DNA of 32,000 bases. Origin: an archaeon (GTDB taxonomy: Archaea > Iainarchaeota > Iainarchaeia > Iainarchaeales > CSSED10-239). The notes beneath the pieces were generated by a model, which worked only from the letters and a program-made list of their open reading frames with translations, was not told the DNA's origin and did no database searches. The translations under genes and the position numbers were made by a program. Shown here one piece after another: positions 8,966 to 17,653 of this stretch (its first letter is position 1; each line of letters starts with the position of its first letter). The DNA lies in contig JBBABY010000008.1 of the NCBI GenBank assembly GCA_041657425.1, positions 17,270 to 49,269 on the forward strand, given 5' to 3'.

Positions 8966-9250
8966 ATGGATTATATATACGCAGTGTTATTATTACACAA
9001 AACAAAGAAAGAAATAAACGAAGCAAATTTAAAGACAGTTTTGACTTCTGCAGGCGTTCACGCTGATGATGCAAAGTTAAAAGGACTTGTGTCAACATTA
9101 AAGGACATAAACATCGAAGATGCTATCGCAAAAGCGTCAGTAGTTGCAGTTGCAGCAGCACCAGTACATGAGAAGAAAGCAGAAGTTAAAGAAGAACCAG
9201 TAGTTACTGAAGAATCAGCAGCTGAAGGTTTAAGTGCATTATTTGGTTAA
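8966..9250 (+). CDS. rpl12: 50S ribosomal stalk protein P1 (L12e)
   Basis: The track begins at GTG 8957, which is itself part of SD 'gaggtg'. ATG 8966 gives the canonical '[11 protein letters not shown]'. An Ala-rich hinge follows, then the acidic tail '...[13 protein letters not shown]'. Confidence 0.9.
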   Translation: MDYIYAVLLLHKTKKEINEANLKTVLTSAGVHADDAKLKGLVSTLKDINIEDAIAKASVVAVAAAPVHEKKAEVKEEPVVTEESAAEGLSALFG

Positions 9251-9265
9251 TTTTAATTAACCAAA

Positions 9266-9282
9266 TTTTCTTTTTCTTTTTT
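9266..9282 (+). terminator. oligo-T tract downstream of the stalk operon
   Basis: 'ttttctttttctttttt' starts 16 nt after the P1 stop. Archaeal RNA polymerase terminates at oligo-T tracts. Confidence 0.35.
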
Positions 9283-9324
9283 ATATCTTCTTTTAAATCT
9301 TTTTCTTTATAGTTTAATATACTT

Positions 9325-10899
9325 ATGAATGATTCTAGTTTTGTAATACACTCGCTTGTTAAGAAAGAAACAATAGAAAAAAGATTATATCAAGAACTAT
9401 TAACAGCGCAAGCAATTAATGAAAGTACATTAGTGGTTGCTCCAACAGGTCTTGGTAAAACCATCGTTGCTGTTCTCTTGATAGCTTATAGCTACAATCC
9501 AAAAAAATCAATTATTCTGTTATCTCCAACAAAACCATTAATTGCTCAACATAAAAAAAGTATCTTGAAGTTTCTTGAAATCCCAGAAGAAAAAGTAATT
9601 CTTCTAACAGGAGAAATACCACAAGAAAAAAGAAAAGAAATGTATGATGCTGAAGGGCTTGTCATTTGTGCAACTCCTCAAACAATACAGCATGATCTTG
9701 AAAAAAAACTAATTAACCCAGGGCATTTTAATCTAATTATTTTTGATGAAGCGCACAGAGCAGTTGGAAATTATTCATATACATTTATTTCTCAGTACTT
9801 TTCAGAAGATACAAAGAGATTAGGGTTAACTGCTTCGCCAGGATCAAGTAAAGCAAAGATTCAAGAAGTTGCAGACAACTTAGGAATAAAACATATAGAG
9901 ATAAGAACAGAAGAAGACTTAGATGTTAAAGATTATGTTAATGATATAGAGATTGAAACAATTTATACAGAACTTGATAAAGACTCAAGGTTTATTTCAG
10001 ACAAACTAAAAGAGTTCATTCAGTCAAAGATATTAATCTTAAGAAGATTTGGTTTCTTAATCCCAGATAACTATTCCAAAAAGCAAATACTTGATATGCA
10101 GGCAAAGTTATTTCTCTTAGCAAACAAAATAAAGTCTAAAAATAACTTTATAGCAATTTCTTTTGTTTCAGTAATTATAAAAGCACTTCATGCCAGAGAA
10201 TTGATTGAAACTCAAGGGTTTATTGCTTTTAGAAATTATTTAGATAAGGTTGTAGAAGAAGCAAAGGTAAAAAAATCAAGTAAGGCCTCAAGTACTTTTA
10301 TAAATTCAAAAGAGTTTGGAGAGATTATTCTTTATCTTGATAGGCACAAATATAAATTAGAGTATTCAAAAGAAGCAGAACTAATAAAAATAGTTAAAAA
10401 ATTTGTAAAAGAAAATCCTAAATCGAGAATTTTAATATTTAATAATTTTAGAGATAATGCAACAAGCATAGTTGATAAATTAAATACTTACAAAGAGATA
10501 AAATCTACACGATTTGTTGGACAAGCCACGAAGCTTTCCGACAAGGGCCTTTCTCAAAAAGAACAACTTTCAATCCTTTCTGAGTTTAAGGAAGGAAAAT
10601 ATAATGTTTTAGTGTGCACTTCTGTTGGCGAAGAAGGCTTAGATATTCCTTCTGTTGACTTGGTAATTTTCTTTGATGCTGTTGCTTCTGAGATAAGAAA
10701 TATTCAAAGAAGAGGAAGAACAGGGCGGTTTAATGCTGGCAGAGTTGTTCTCTTACTTAATAGAGATACAATTGATGAAAAATATTATTTCGTTTCTCAA
10801 AATAAAGAAAAAAGAATGAAAAGTATCTTGAAGAATTTTCATAAGAGTGCAATCAAGAAAGTAAGAAAGAAAGAACAAACACAAATTGGAGATTTTTAG
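9325..10899 (+). CDS. hef: Hef-type (ERCC4-like/FANCM-like) SF2 helicase, stand-alone helicase half
   Basis: 524 aa. 'RLYQELL...LVVAPTGLGKT' is motif I. 'IIFDEAHRAVGNYSY' is the DEAH box with the Hef-typical extension. It also has 'LGLTASPG' and the helicase-C region 'VLVCTSVGEEGLDIPSVDLVIFFDAVASEIRNIQRRGRTGR'. Confidence 0.85.
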   Translation: MNDSSFVIHSLVKKETIEKRLYQELLTAQAINESTLVVAPTGLGKTIVAVLLIAYSYNPKKSIILLSPTKPLIAQHKKSILKFLEIPEEKVILLTGEIPQEKRKEMYDAEGLVICATPQTIQHDLEKKLINPGHFNLIIFDEAHRAVGNYSYTFISQYFSEDTKRLGLTASPGSSKAKIQEVADNLGIKHIEIRTEEDLDVKDYVNDIEIETIYTELDKDSRFISDKLKEFIQSKILILRRFGFLIPDNYSKKQILDMQAKLFLLANKIKSKNNFIAISFVSVIIKALHARELIETQGFIAFRNYLDKVVEEAKVKKSSKASSTFINSKEFGEIILYLDRHKYKLEYSKEAELIKIVKKFVKENPKSRILIFNNFRDNATSIVDKLNTYKEIKSTRFVGQATKLSDKGLSQKEQLSILSEFKEGKYNVLVCTSVGEEGLDIPSVDLVIFFDAVASEIRNIQRRGRTGRFNAGRVVLLLNRDTIDEKYYFVSQNKEKRMKSILKNFHKSAIKKVRKKEQTQIGDF

Positions 10900-10960
10900 A
10901 AAGCTTTAAAAACATTTATTAATTTAAGTTATGTAAAGTAAGGTTAAATAAGGTGGTGTT

Positions 10961-11230
10961 ATGTTAGATAAGTCAGTAAATGTAAATCTCAAGATATCAG
11001 ATTATTCAAATAGGGTATTAGGGGTTGTAAAAGAGAAGTACGGTTACAAAGATAAATCTCAAGCCCTAAATAGAATACTAGATATTTATGGAGATGAATT
11101 TGTAGAAAAAGAAGTTAGAGATGAACTTGTTTTAGAAGTAATTGCAGAAGTAGAGAAAATGAAGAAACAAAAATTAAAACCTATGTCAAAAAACGAACTT
11201 AATAAATTCTTTGAAAGTTGCAAAAAATAA
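10961..11230 (+). CDS. putative antitoxin (DUF2683-like)
   Basis: 89 aa with SD 'aaggtggtg'. 'ISDYSNRVLGVVKEKYGYKDKSQALNRIL' resembles the DUF2683 family, which pairs with RelE-like toxins in methanogens (from memory). It ends 9 nt before the toxin gene. Confidence 0.45.
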   Translation: MLDKSVNVNLKISDYSNRVLGVVKEKYGYKDKSQALNRILDIYGDEFVEKEVRDELVLEVIAEVEKMKKQKLKPMSKNELNKFFESCKK

Positions 11231-11239
11231 AGTGATAAA

Positions 11240-11521
11240 ATGCCATTCAATTCTGTTTTGTCTGAAGAATTAAAAGAAACAATAAAAAGATTATATTCTA
11301 AAGATAAACAGCACTTTACTGAATTGAATAAAAAGATGTTACAAATAGTTGATTGCGATAGAGAAACAATAAATCATTACAAAAATCTAAAATATAATTC
11401 TTCAGATTATAAACGTGTGCACATTGGTAAATCTTTTATTTTACTTTTTTCTGTAGATATCCAAAATAACATAATTTATTTTGCAAAATTTGAACATCAC
11501 GATAAAGCTTACAAAAGATAA
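11240..11521 (+). CDS. RelE/ParE-superfamily toxin (type II TA)
   Basis: 93 aa. The layout 'IKRLYSKDKQHF..LNKKMLQIV' then 'YKRVHIGKSFILLFSVDIQNNIIYFAKFEHHDKAY' follows the RelE/StbE consensus (..yR.r.G.yRiiy.id....i.i..i.hR...Y). It has the small basic character typical of these toxins. Confidence 0.55.
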   Translation: MPFNSVLSEELKETIKRLYSKDKQHFTELNKKMLQIVDCDRETINHYKNLKYNSSDYKRVHIGKSFILLFSVDIQNNIIYFAKFEHHDKAYKR

Positions 11522-11524
11522 ACT

Positions 11525-12193
11525 ATGCCTCAACCAATACATATCATTTGCGATACAAGAGAAAGAGTAAGTCAAGTAATGCAGGAGTTACAAAAGCTTT
11601 CAAGTGAAGATTTTTCTGTAGAAATAAAGATGGAGCAATTATCTTTAGGCGATTATCAACTAAGTAATGATGTGTTAATTGAAAGAAAAACAATTGCAGA
11701 TCTGGAGTCCTCAATAATTGATGGAAGAATATTTTCTCAACTTGATAATCTTTCAGAGAAGGTATCTAAACCAGGCTTAATTGTAGAAGGCAGCATTAAT
11801 TTTTCAGACACAGACAATAGAATAAACAATAAGTCAATGATTGGTTTGATTACTTCAATTGGTTTAAACTACAGAGTGCCAATATTTTTTACAAGAAATC
11901 AAAAAGAAACTGCGCTTTTTCTTTATGTGATAGCAAAGAGAGAACAATATGGATTAATTACTGCACCAAAGCACAGATTCAGTAAATCCAAGATGTCTTT
12001 CTCTGATCAACAGTTATTTATTCTGGAGTCCTTTCCAGATATTGGTCCAACTTTAGCAAAAGCTCTTCTCAAAAAATTCAAGAATATTAAGAATATATCT
12101 CAAGCAACAGTAAAGGAACTACAAGAAGTAGAAAAGATGGGCCCAAAAAAAGCAGAAAAGATGATTTATCTTTTCAGTAGAGAATTTGATTGA
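11525..12193 (+). CDS. Hef/XPF-type ERCC4 nuclease with C-terminal (HhH)2
   Basis: 222 aa. 'IICDTRER', 'LSLGDYQL' and 'VLIERKTIADLESSIIDGRIFSQ' form the ERCC4 nuclease signature (GDY...ERK). The C-terminal 'LESFPDIGPTLAKALLKKFKNIKNISQATVKELQEVEKMGPKKAEKM' is a tandem helix-hairpin-helix. Confidence 0.85.
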   Translation: MPQPIHIICDTRERVSQVMQELQKLSSEDFSVEIKMEQLSLGDYQLSNDVLIERKTIADLESSIIDGRIFSQLDNLSEKVSKPGLIVEGSINFSDTDNRINNKSMIGLITSIGLNYRVPIFFTRNQKETALFLYVIAKREQYGLITAPKHRFSKSKMSFSDQQLFILESFPDIGPTLAKALLKKFKNIKNISQATVKELQEVEKMGPKKAEKMIYLFSREFD

Positions 12194-12197
12194 TTAA

Positions 12198-12527
12198 TTA
12201 TAGTTTGTTTATTATTAAAATCTGGTTTTTTTCCTGGTTTTCTCTGATAATCTGATGTATTTGATTTGTGTTATTAAGTATTAAAAGCATTTCTGTTTCT
12301 AGGTCTTTTGCAATATTGATTTTATCATTAAATTTATTCATTGCTTGAAAGACCGCCCAGTCTATTTTCTCAGTTGCGTGTTTGTTTTGGGGCAAGATTA
12401 TGCAAGAAACAACCGTTTTATTCAATTCTAGTCTTTTTAAATAGTTTTCTATATTATTTATATTTATACAAGATATATATTTAGTAGTATATTTCTTATT
12501 GCCTATTTCAAAATAATTGTTTTTCAT
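12198..12527 (-). CDS. hypothetical protein, possibly KEOPS subunit Cgi121-like (short)
   Basis: 109 aa, convergent with the nuclease gene (4-nt gap). 'ATEKIDWAVFQAMNKF..INIAKDLETEMLLILNNTNQIHQIIRE' resembles the central Cgi121 helices as I remember them. It is shorter than typical archaeal Cgi121. Confidence 0.3.
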   Translation of the reverse strand: MKNNYFEIGNKKYTTKYISCININNIENYLKRLELNKTVVSCIILPQNKHATEKIDWAVFQAMNKFNDKINIAKDLETEMLLILNNTNQIHQIIRENQEKNQILIINKL

Positions 12528-12586
12528 GGTATTATTTGTAATAGCAGAAACAGTTTATAAATATTAATTAAAAAGAGGAATAAAAA

Positions 12587-12982
12587 ATGGTTGAATGGAA
12601 AAAAGTATCAAGAAGAAAAGCAACAGGTGGAATTAATAATGCAGTTAATGCAAAAACAAAATCCTTAAGTGAAAAAGGTGGAAAATTCTCAAAAACAACA
12701 GTCGCTAAAGAAGATAAAATATATAAGATAAGAGGCGTTGGCGGAAACGAGAAAGTAAAGATTTCACACGCACAACACGTTTTAATCTCAGAAGGGAATA
12801 AAACAGTTAAAGCAAAGATAATTGATGTTACAGAAAATAAAGCAAATAAACAATTTGTTAGACAAAAAATAATTACAAAAGGCGCAATCCTTAAAGTTGA
12901 TATCAATGGAAAAGAAGCAAAAGCAAAAGTAACATCAAGACCAGGTCAATCAGGACAAGTTACTGGTGTATTTGTTAAATGA
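12587..12982 (+). CDS. rps8e: 30S ribosomal protein eS8
   Basis: 131 aa. The N-terminus 'WKKVSRRKATGG' and the C-terminus 'ITSRPGQSGQVTGVFV' are typical of archaeal S8e. SD 'agagga' is upstream. Confidence 0.85.
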   Translation: MVEWKKVSRRKATGGINNAVNAKTKSLSEKGGKFSKTTVAKEDKIYKIRGVGGNEKVKISHAQHVLISEGNKTVKAKIIDVTENKANKQFVRQKIITKGAILKVDINGKEAKAKVTSRPGQSGQVTGVFVK

Positions 12983-13536
12983 ATTCAAAATCTTTTTTAA
13001 AAAGGTTTAGGAAAGATATAAAGGATAAAAGAGAATATCAAAAAGCTCTTTTATTTCTGTTTTTATTTATTTTTTGTTTTTCAATTTTTTATTTAATTTT
13101 ATCAATTTCTCAGATTTCTAATTATATTAGTTATTTTTACGGATTACTTTCAAGCATTTGTTTGACAGTATTTTTTGGGATAAATAATCAATTTGTTTTC
13201 GATGCCGTTAGTAAGACGTCTTCAATTGTCGTTTCCACAATTTCTGAACCAATAACAATTGGCTTTCTTTGTTCTGGAGTACTGGAATTTTGTTTACTAG
13301 CTTCAGCAATGATTGCGTCTGTTGGTATTTCAATAAAGAAAAGGCTAATGGGCGTATTAATTTCAATTCCTGTAATTGTGATATTTAATGTTTTTAGAAT
13401 TACTGTAACTTCCTACATCATTGTTGCAGGCAATCTTTCTTTTGCCAATCTGGTGCACGGTTTTCTTTTTAGAATATTTCTAATAGCAATGGTTATTGGA
13501 ACCTACTTTGTTTGGTTTAAAGAAGTTTATAAGTGA
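12979..13536 (+). CDS. exosortase/archaeosortase-family transpeptidase (short form)
   Basis: 185 aa and polytopic. It has the family's three catalytic landmarks in the right order and in TM context: 'GFLCSGVLEF' (Cys), 'FNVFRITVT' (N..R) and 'LVHGFLFRI' (His). Its start overlaps the eS8 stop (ATGA). I did not attempt a subtype (ArtA-G). Confidence 0.6.
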   Translation: MNSKSFLKRFRKDIKDKREYQKALLFLFLFIFCFSIFYLILSISQISNYISYFYGLLSSICLTVFFGINNQFVFDAVSKTSSIVVSTISEPITIGFLCSGVLEFCLLASAMIASVGISIKKRLMGVLISIPVIVIFNVFRITVTSYIIVAGNLSFANLVHGFLFRIFLIAMVIGTYFVWFKEVYK

Positions 13537-13541
13537 TTAAT

Positions 13542-14114
13542 ATGCCAAAAAGAAAAAACCCAATAACTCCATTACCTGAGAAAAACAAATTAATTTTTAC
13601 AAAATTAATACCTACAATTAGAAAGGTACAAAAATTAAAAAATGAACAAGAGATAATACAAAAAACTAGTCAATTGAATGCAGCAAGATTAGAAATAAGA
13701 AATTATACAAAAAATATATATAGTAACTTAGAATCAAGGCAGGAACTTGAGGGTTTGAATCAAAAAACAAGAAAGCAAGTATTTGGATTTATAGAATCAA
13801 AAATTGCAGAAAGTTATTTAAAAGGAATAAATAGAAAAATGGAAATGGACATTCAAGTTTTAGCAAGTGGATTAATTCAAGAAATAAAGAACCGCTTAGA
13901 AAAACCAAAAGTAAAGAGAGAGATAATTTCAAAGATTAAATATTATAAATATTTGACTCAAAAAGAGAAGCAGAAAATAAATGAAATAATAAATTATAAT
14001 TTAGCACTTATAAGTAAATATCCAACATTAACTTTAGAACAAGTTACAGATTTAAATAAAAAGATATTTAAGATGCTTTCTAAAATGCAATTTTCTTTTT
14101 CTAAGATTAAATAA
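13542..14114 (+). CDS. hypothetical Lys-rich helical protein
   Basis: The track ORF starts at GTG 13533, overlapping the sortase stop. The first ATG is at 13542 ('MPKRKNPITP'). The composition suggests a coiled coil. No motif recognised. Confidence 0.5.
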   Translation: MPKRKNPITPLPEKNKLIFTKLIPTIRKVQKLKNEQEIIQKTSQLNAARLEIRNYTKNIYSNLESRQELEGLNQKTRKQVFGFIESKIAESYLKGINRKMEMDIQVLASGLIQEIKNRLEKPKVKREIISKIKYYKYLTQKEKQKINEIINYNLALISKYPTLTLEQVTDLNKKIFKMLSKMQFSFSKIK

Positions 14115-14120
14115 TTATAA

Positions 14121-14507
14121 TTATTTATTATCTTTAATCAATCTCTTAACTTGATCAACAGTTGTGTATTCCAGTGGATTAATGTTATCAATGATATATT
14201 TCATTTCTTTAAGGTCTTCTGCTTTAGCGTATCTTTTGGAGAAAGATTCAAGTGTGGATTCAAGTCCTTTTATTTTAGTTTTAAGTTCTTTAATCTCTAA
14301 TTGTAAATCTTTAAACTGTTCACTAGTTGCGGCATTAACTCCTGCGGTTCCCTCTCCTTTAGAAGCGACCTTCTTATTCAAAATAAGTATGTTTCTACTT
14401 AGTATCTTCTCATTATGTACTAAATATTTAATCTTCTCTGATAAAACAAGTATACTTGATTGTAATGCTTTAACGTCTTGAGATGTTCCGGAATTGTCTT
14501 CACTCAT
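14121..14507 (-). CDS. hypothetical coiled-coil protein
   Basis: The track ORF extends to 14585, but the 26-aa extension is AT-rich promoter-like sequence. The internal ATG at 14507 gives 'MSEDNSGTSQD...'. Heptad-like 'LQLEIKELKTKIKGLESTLESF' is present. Confidence 0.5.
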   Translation of the reverse strand: MSEDNSGTSQDVKALQSSILVLSEKIKYLVHNEKILSRNILILNKKVASKGEGTAGVNAATSEQFKDLQLEIKELKTKIKGLESTLESFSKRYAKAEDLKEMKYIIDNINPLEYTTVDQVKRLIKDNK

Positions 14508-14623
14508 AATATATCCCTTAAATATATTTAATAGATGCTTGAAATATTTAAAAAACAATTGTTTTTTTGGTTTCTGTCGATTCACTATCTTTTTAAAGGT
14601 TTTGCTCCAATATATATTTATTA

Positions 14624-14646
14624 ATTAGACAAAGTTAATGTCTAAT
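14624..14646. promoter_or_regulatory. perfect 8-bp inverted repeat just downstream of a TATA-like box
   Basis: 'attagaca-aagttaa-tgtctaat' follows 'tatatattta' (14611-14620) in the divergent intergenic region upstream of the S-layer-like gene. It is a candidate operator. Confidence 0.25.
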
Positions 14647-14657
14647 CCCCCAGATAC

Positions 14658-14681
14658 AAAAGAAGGAGCTTTCCTTCTTTT
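14658..14681 (+). promoter_or_regulatory. 10-bp perfect hairpin in the putative 5' leader of the S-layer-like gene
   Basis: aaaagaagga (14658-14667) pairs with tccttctttt (14672-14681) around a gctt loop. The stem contains an 'aaggag' SD-like string. ATG 14693 lies 12 nt downstream. Confidence 0.3.
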
Positions 14682-14692
14682 ACTAAACAAAA

Positions 14693-17653
14693 ATGGAAAA
14701 AATTATGAAAAAAGCATATTTATTAAGTGTAATATTTTTAATAGCAATAATTGTACAATCAGTAAGTGCTGTACCGTTCAATATTAACTATTCGTATGTT
14801 AATACTGATTCGCAAAATCAATACTTAAACGTACAATATGGTAATTATTATGATAATGTAAATTTAAGATTAAGATTACAAGCAACAGATGGATACAGTA
14901 ATGTCCCTGTAGTTGTTTCTCCAAAAGTTTATGGAATTTTAGATGGCGGGCAATTAACTTATCTTTATTCTATCCCAACACAGACATATTATGTTTACCC
15001 AACACCACAAGACTATACTTATTCAAATGTTTTCTATTTGAATCCAAGTTATCAAGGTTATGTAGTGAAAGTTTATGCAGAAAGTGCAGGAGTAGTTTAC
15101 AATACCTATTCACAAGCTTATGTTTATCCAGTAAACACAGACCCTTATTTTTATCCAGTAGATGATACAGATAATGAAGAGACAGAAGGTACTACAGACG
15201 CAATAACAGATTGTTCAGATTTTTATCTTTCAGGCGCACATGATATTTATTTTGATGAAGATGAAGAAAGAACTTATAATCTATATATTGAAAATGAAGC
15301 AGGAGACGATCTTGAAGTTTTTGATGTAGATACAAGTAATCCTTCAGAATTAGATATTGATGACATAGAGTATCCTGATACTGTCCCAGAAAGTTCAGTA
15401 AGAACAGTAAGATTAACTCTTCAAGCAGATACTGTTGGAGACGATTATGAATCTACATTTGATGTAACTGTTAGTGCAAAGTACGATAACACTTCTGTTT
15501 GTACAAAGACATATGAAGTTGAATATCATATAAATGATCTAAGTAATGACAACGACAGTAGTTGTTCAGATATTTCTTTTGATGATACTAGTTTTACAAT
15601 CAATGACAATACAGCAACTGTAAAAAACATAGTTATTGAAAATAGTTCAGAAGATTATGATTTTGAAATAGACGATATAACAGTAGAAGATAGAGACGAT
15701 ATCTCTGCAAGGATAGTAGATGAACCAGATGCTGTTGATCAAGAAGATTCTGAAAATATTGAAATAGAGTTTGACCCAGATAATTTAACATACACAGCTA
15801 CAAGATATTTAGATTTAGAAGTTGTTGGTAATCTTGTAAGAGATGGCCACGATGATAAAGAATGTACAAAGAGAGCAAACTTAGCAATTACAATTGTAGA
15901 TAATGGAAATTCTAGTTCAGGAAATACCAATAACAACACAACTCTTTCAAGTTGTAAAAACCTTTCAATTTATGCTGCAAATATTTCTCAAGAAGAAGGA
16001 GAAACAAATAATTATTCAAGAAATAATGGTTTCTTTATAGTCAATAATGCAAATTCAGAGTTTACAATAACAAACTTAACAGTTAATGATAATTCAAGTT
16101 ATGCTAATGTTACAAATACAAATTACAATCCAAGTGTTTATTCAAAGAATTTAAATGCATATTCTTTTGATCTCACAACAAACAATGTAGATATTCAACA
16201 AAACTCAAAAGGAACAGTTTCAGTTTCTGGAAGATTTGCTGATGGTAGAGGGTGTAGTTCGTCAGATATTGGAGTTAAGCAATTTGATATAAGTATTTTT
16301 GAACCAGAGAGTGAATCTTGTGCAGGTATTGAAGTGGAATCAAAGAATGTTCTTTCAGGAAACAATCAAATAAATATTTATAATCACACAAATAAAAAAT
16401 TTTATGTTAGTGATGTTCTTTTCCAAAATAAATATGGTTTAATAGGAAATGTAAACAATAAGCAATTAACTGTTCAAGCAAACAATAGTTCAAGCATGAC
16501 TGTGGGGTTATCAGGAACAGGAAGTCTTGAAATGTTAATTAGCGGTAAGTTTGAAGATGGAAAGAAATGTACTTTCTTACAAACTAATTCTGGTTTTTTA
16601 ACAACAGGGAATACAAATATTCAAGCAAATCTCTCTTCAACTGATTGTGGTTTTGAAGTAATTGCTCCGACAGCAATAACTGTCAATAATAGTCAAGAGA
16701 CAATTACTGCAACTTTTAAAAATCTAACAAGTAAGAATGGGAGAGTTGAAATTACTGGTAATGGCTTAACAACTGATCCAAGTATAATCTTTTTAAGTGG
16801 TTTTGATAATTTTACTCAAAACATAACTCTTTCAAACTTTAGTAATCCAACAAGTGTTTATTATACAGTTAAGTTAAATGATTGTTCAGTAACAAGAACA
16901 TTTACAAATATAGTAAATAATATTTCAGAAACTGAAAGAATTAGTCTTTTAAGTTATCCAACATTAATTAGTCCTACCTCAAGTTATGTTGTTGTTATGG
17001 TAGGCGTTAACAATAGTTTTTCTGTTAACAAAAATGTAACTTTAAAGTTATCTGGTTTTCCAAGTAATTTTCAAACATCTCCAAAGACTACAACTCTTGG
17101 AGCACATGAAACAAAAAATGTGTCTTTAGATTTAATAGTTTCAGAAAATGCAGAAAAGATTGCATACAACGGTTACATTGAGTTATACACTGATAACGCC
17201 CTTTTAAACAAATATCCAATAACAATTAATCTATCTCCTGCAGTTTCTCCAATGACTGCAACAATCAAAACAGAGAAAATAGTAACAGAAGATAGAAGTT
17301 ATAATTTAACTTTAACTTTAAGAAATAATACAAATGTTATTCAAGAAACAGTTGTTGATTTTGGTTTAGATGAAACCTACACAATTGAAGGAGAAAAACA
17401 AGTTAATATTCTCTCTGGCGAAGAAACCGTAAAGAAATATAAGATTGTTTCTTCAGTATTACTAAAAGAAGATAAAGTTATAGATGTAAGAATAAGAGAT
17501 AAAGCAACTGCTCAAGAATTAACAAGTGTAAAAACAACCTTACAATCAGGGGCATCTCCATTAAGTGGTTTTTTGACTCTTGGTAATGCAGGTTTAATTA
17601 TTTTAGGTTTAATTATCCTAGTTGTTTTAGTTATAATATTTAGAAGAAGATAG
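14693..17653 (+). CDS. S-layer-like surface glycoprotein candidate with a PGF-CTERM-like sorting tail
   Basis: 986 aa. The Sec signal peptide is 'MKKAYLLSVIFLIAIIVQSVSA|VPF'. A Tyr-rich N-domain is followed by about five tandem ~110-130-aa Cys-bracketed Ig/CARDB-like domains and two further CARDB-like domains. I hand-counted roughly 30 N-x-S/T sequons. The tripartite C-terminus is described in the next feature. Confidence 0.7.
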   Translation: MEKIMKKAYLLSVIFLIAIIVQSVSAVPFNINYSYVNTDSQNQYLNVQYGNYYDNVNLRLRLQATDGYSNVPVVVSPKVYGILDGGQLTYLYSIPTQTYYVYPTPQDYTYSNVFYLNPSYQGYVVKVYAESAGVVYNTYSQAYVYPVNTDPYFYPVDDTDNEETEGTTDAITDCSDFYLSGAHDIYFDEDEERTYNLYIENEAGDDLEVFDVDTSNPSELDIDDIEYPDTVPESSVRTVRLTLQADTVGDDYESTFDVTVSAKYDNTSVCTKTYEVEYHINDLSNDNDSSCSDISFDDTSFTINDNTATVKNIVIENSSEDYDFEIDDITVEDRDDISARIVDEPDAVDQEDSENIEIEFDPDNLTYTATRYLDLEVVGNLVRDGHDDKECTKRANLAITIVDNGNSSSGNTNNNTTLSSCKNLSIYAANISQEEGETNNYSRNNGFFIVNNANSEFTITNLTVNDNSSYANVTNTNYNPSVYSKNLNAYSFDLTTNNVDIQQNSKGTVSVSGRFADGRGCSSSDIGVKQFDISIFEPESESCAGIEVESKNVLSGNNQINIYNHTNKKFYVSDVLFQNKYGLIGNVNNKQLTVQANNSSSMTVGLSGTGSLEMLISGKFEDGKKCTFLQTNSGFLTTGNTNIQANLSSTDCGFEVIAPTAITVNNSQETITATFKNLTSKNGRVEITGNGLTTDPSIIFLSGFDNFTQNITLSNFSNPTSVYYTVKLNDCSVTRTFTNIVNNISETERISLLSYPTLISPTSSYVVVMVGVNNSFSVNKNVTLKLSGFPSNFQTSPKTTTLGAHETKNVSLDLIVSENAEKIAYNGYIELYTDNALLNKYPITINLSPAVSPMTATIKTEKIVTEDRSYNLTLTLRNNTNVIQETVVDFGLDETYTIEGEKQVNILSGEETVKKYKIVSSVLLKEDKVIDVRIRDKATAQELTSVKTTLQSGASPLSGFLTLGNAGLIILGLIILVVLVIIFRRR
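17537..17650 (+). other. C-terminal tripartite sorting signal (motif + TM helix + basic cluster)
   Basis: 'TLQSGASPLSGF-LTLGNAGLIILGLIILVVLVIIF-RRR'. This has the architecture of PGF-CTERM/PEP-CTERM signals recognised by archaeosortases and exosortases, with SGF in place of PGF. Confidence 0.6.
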
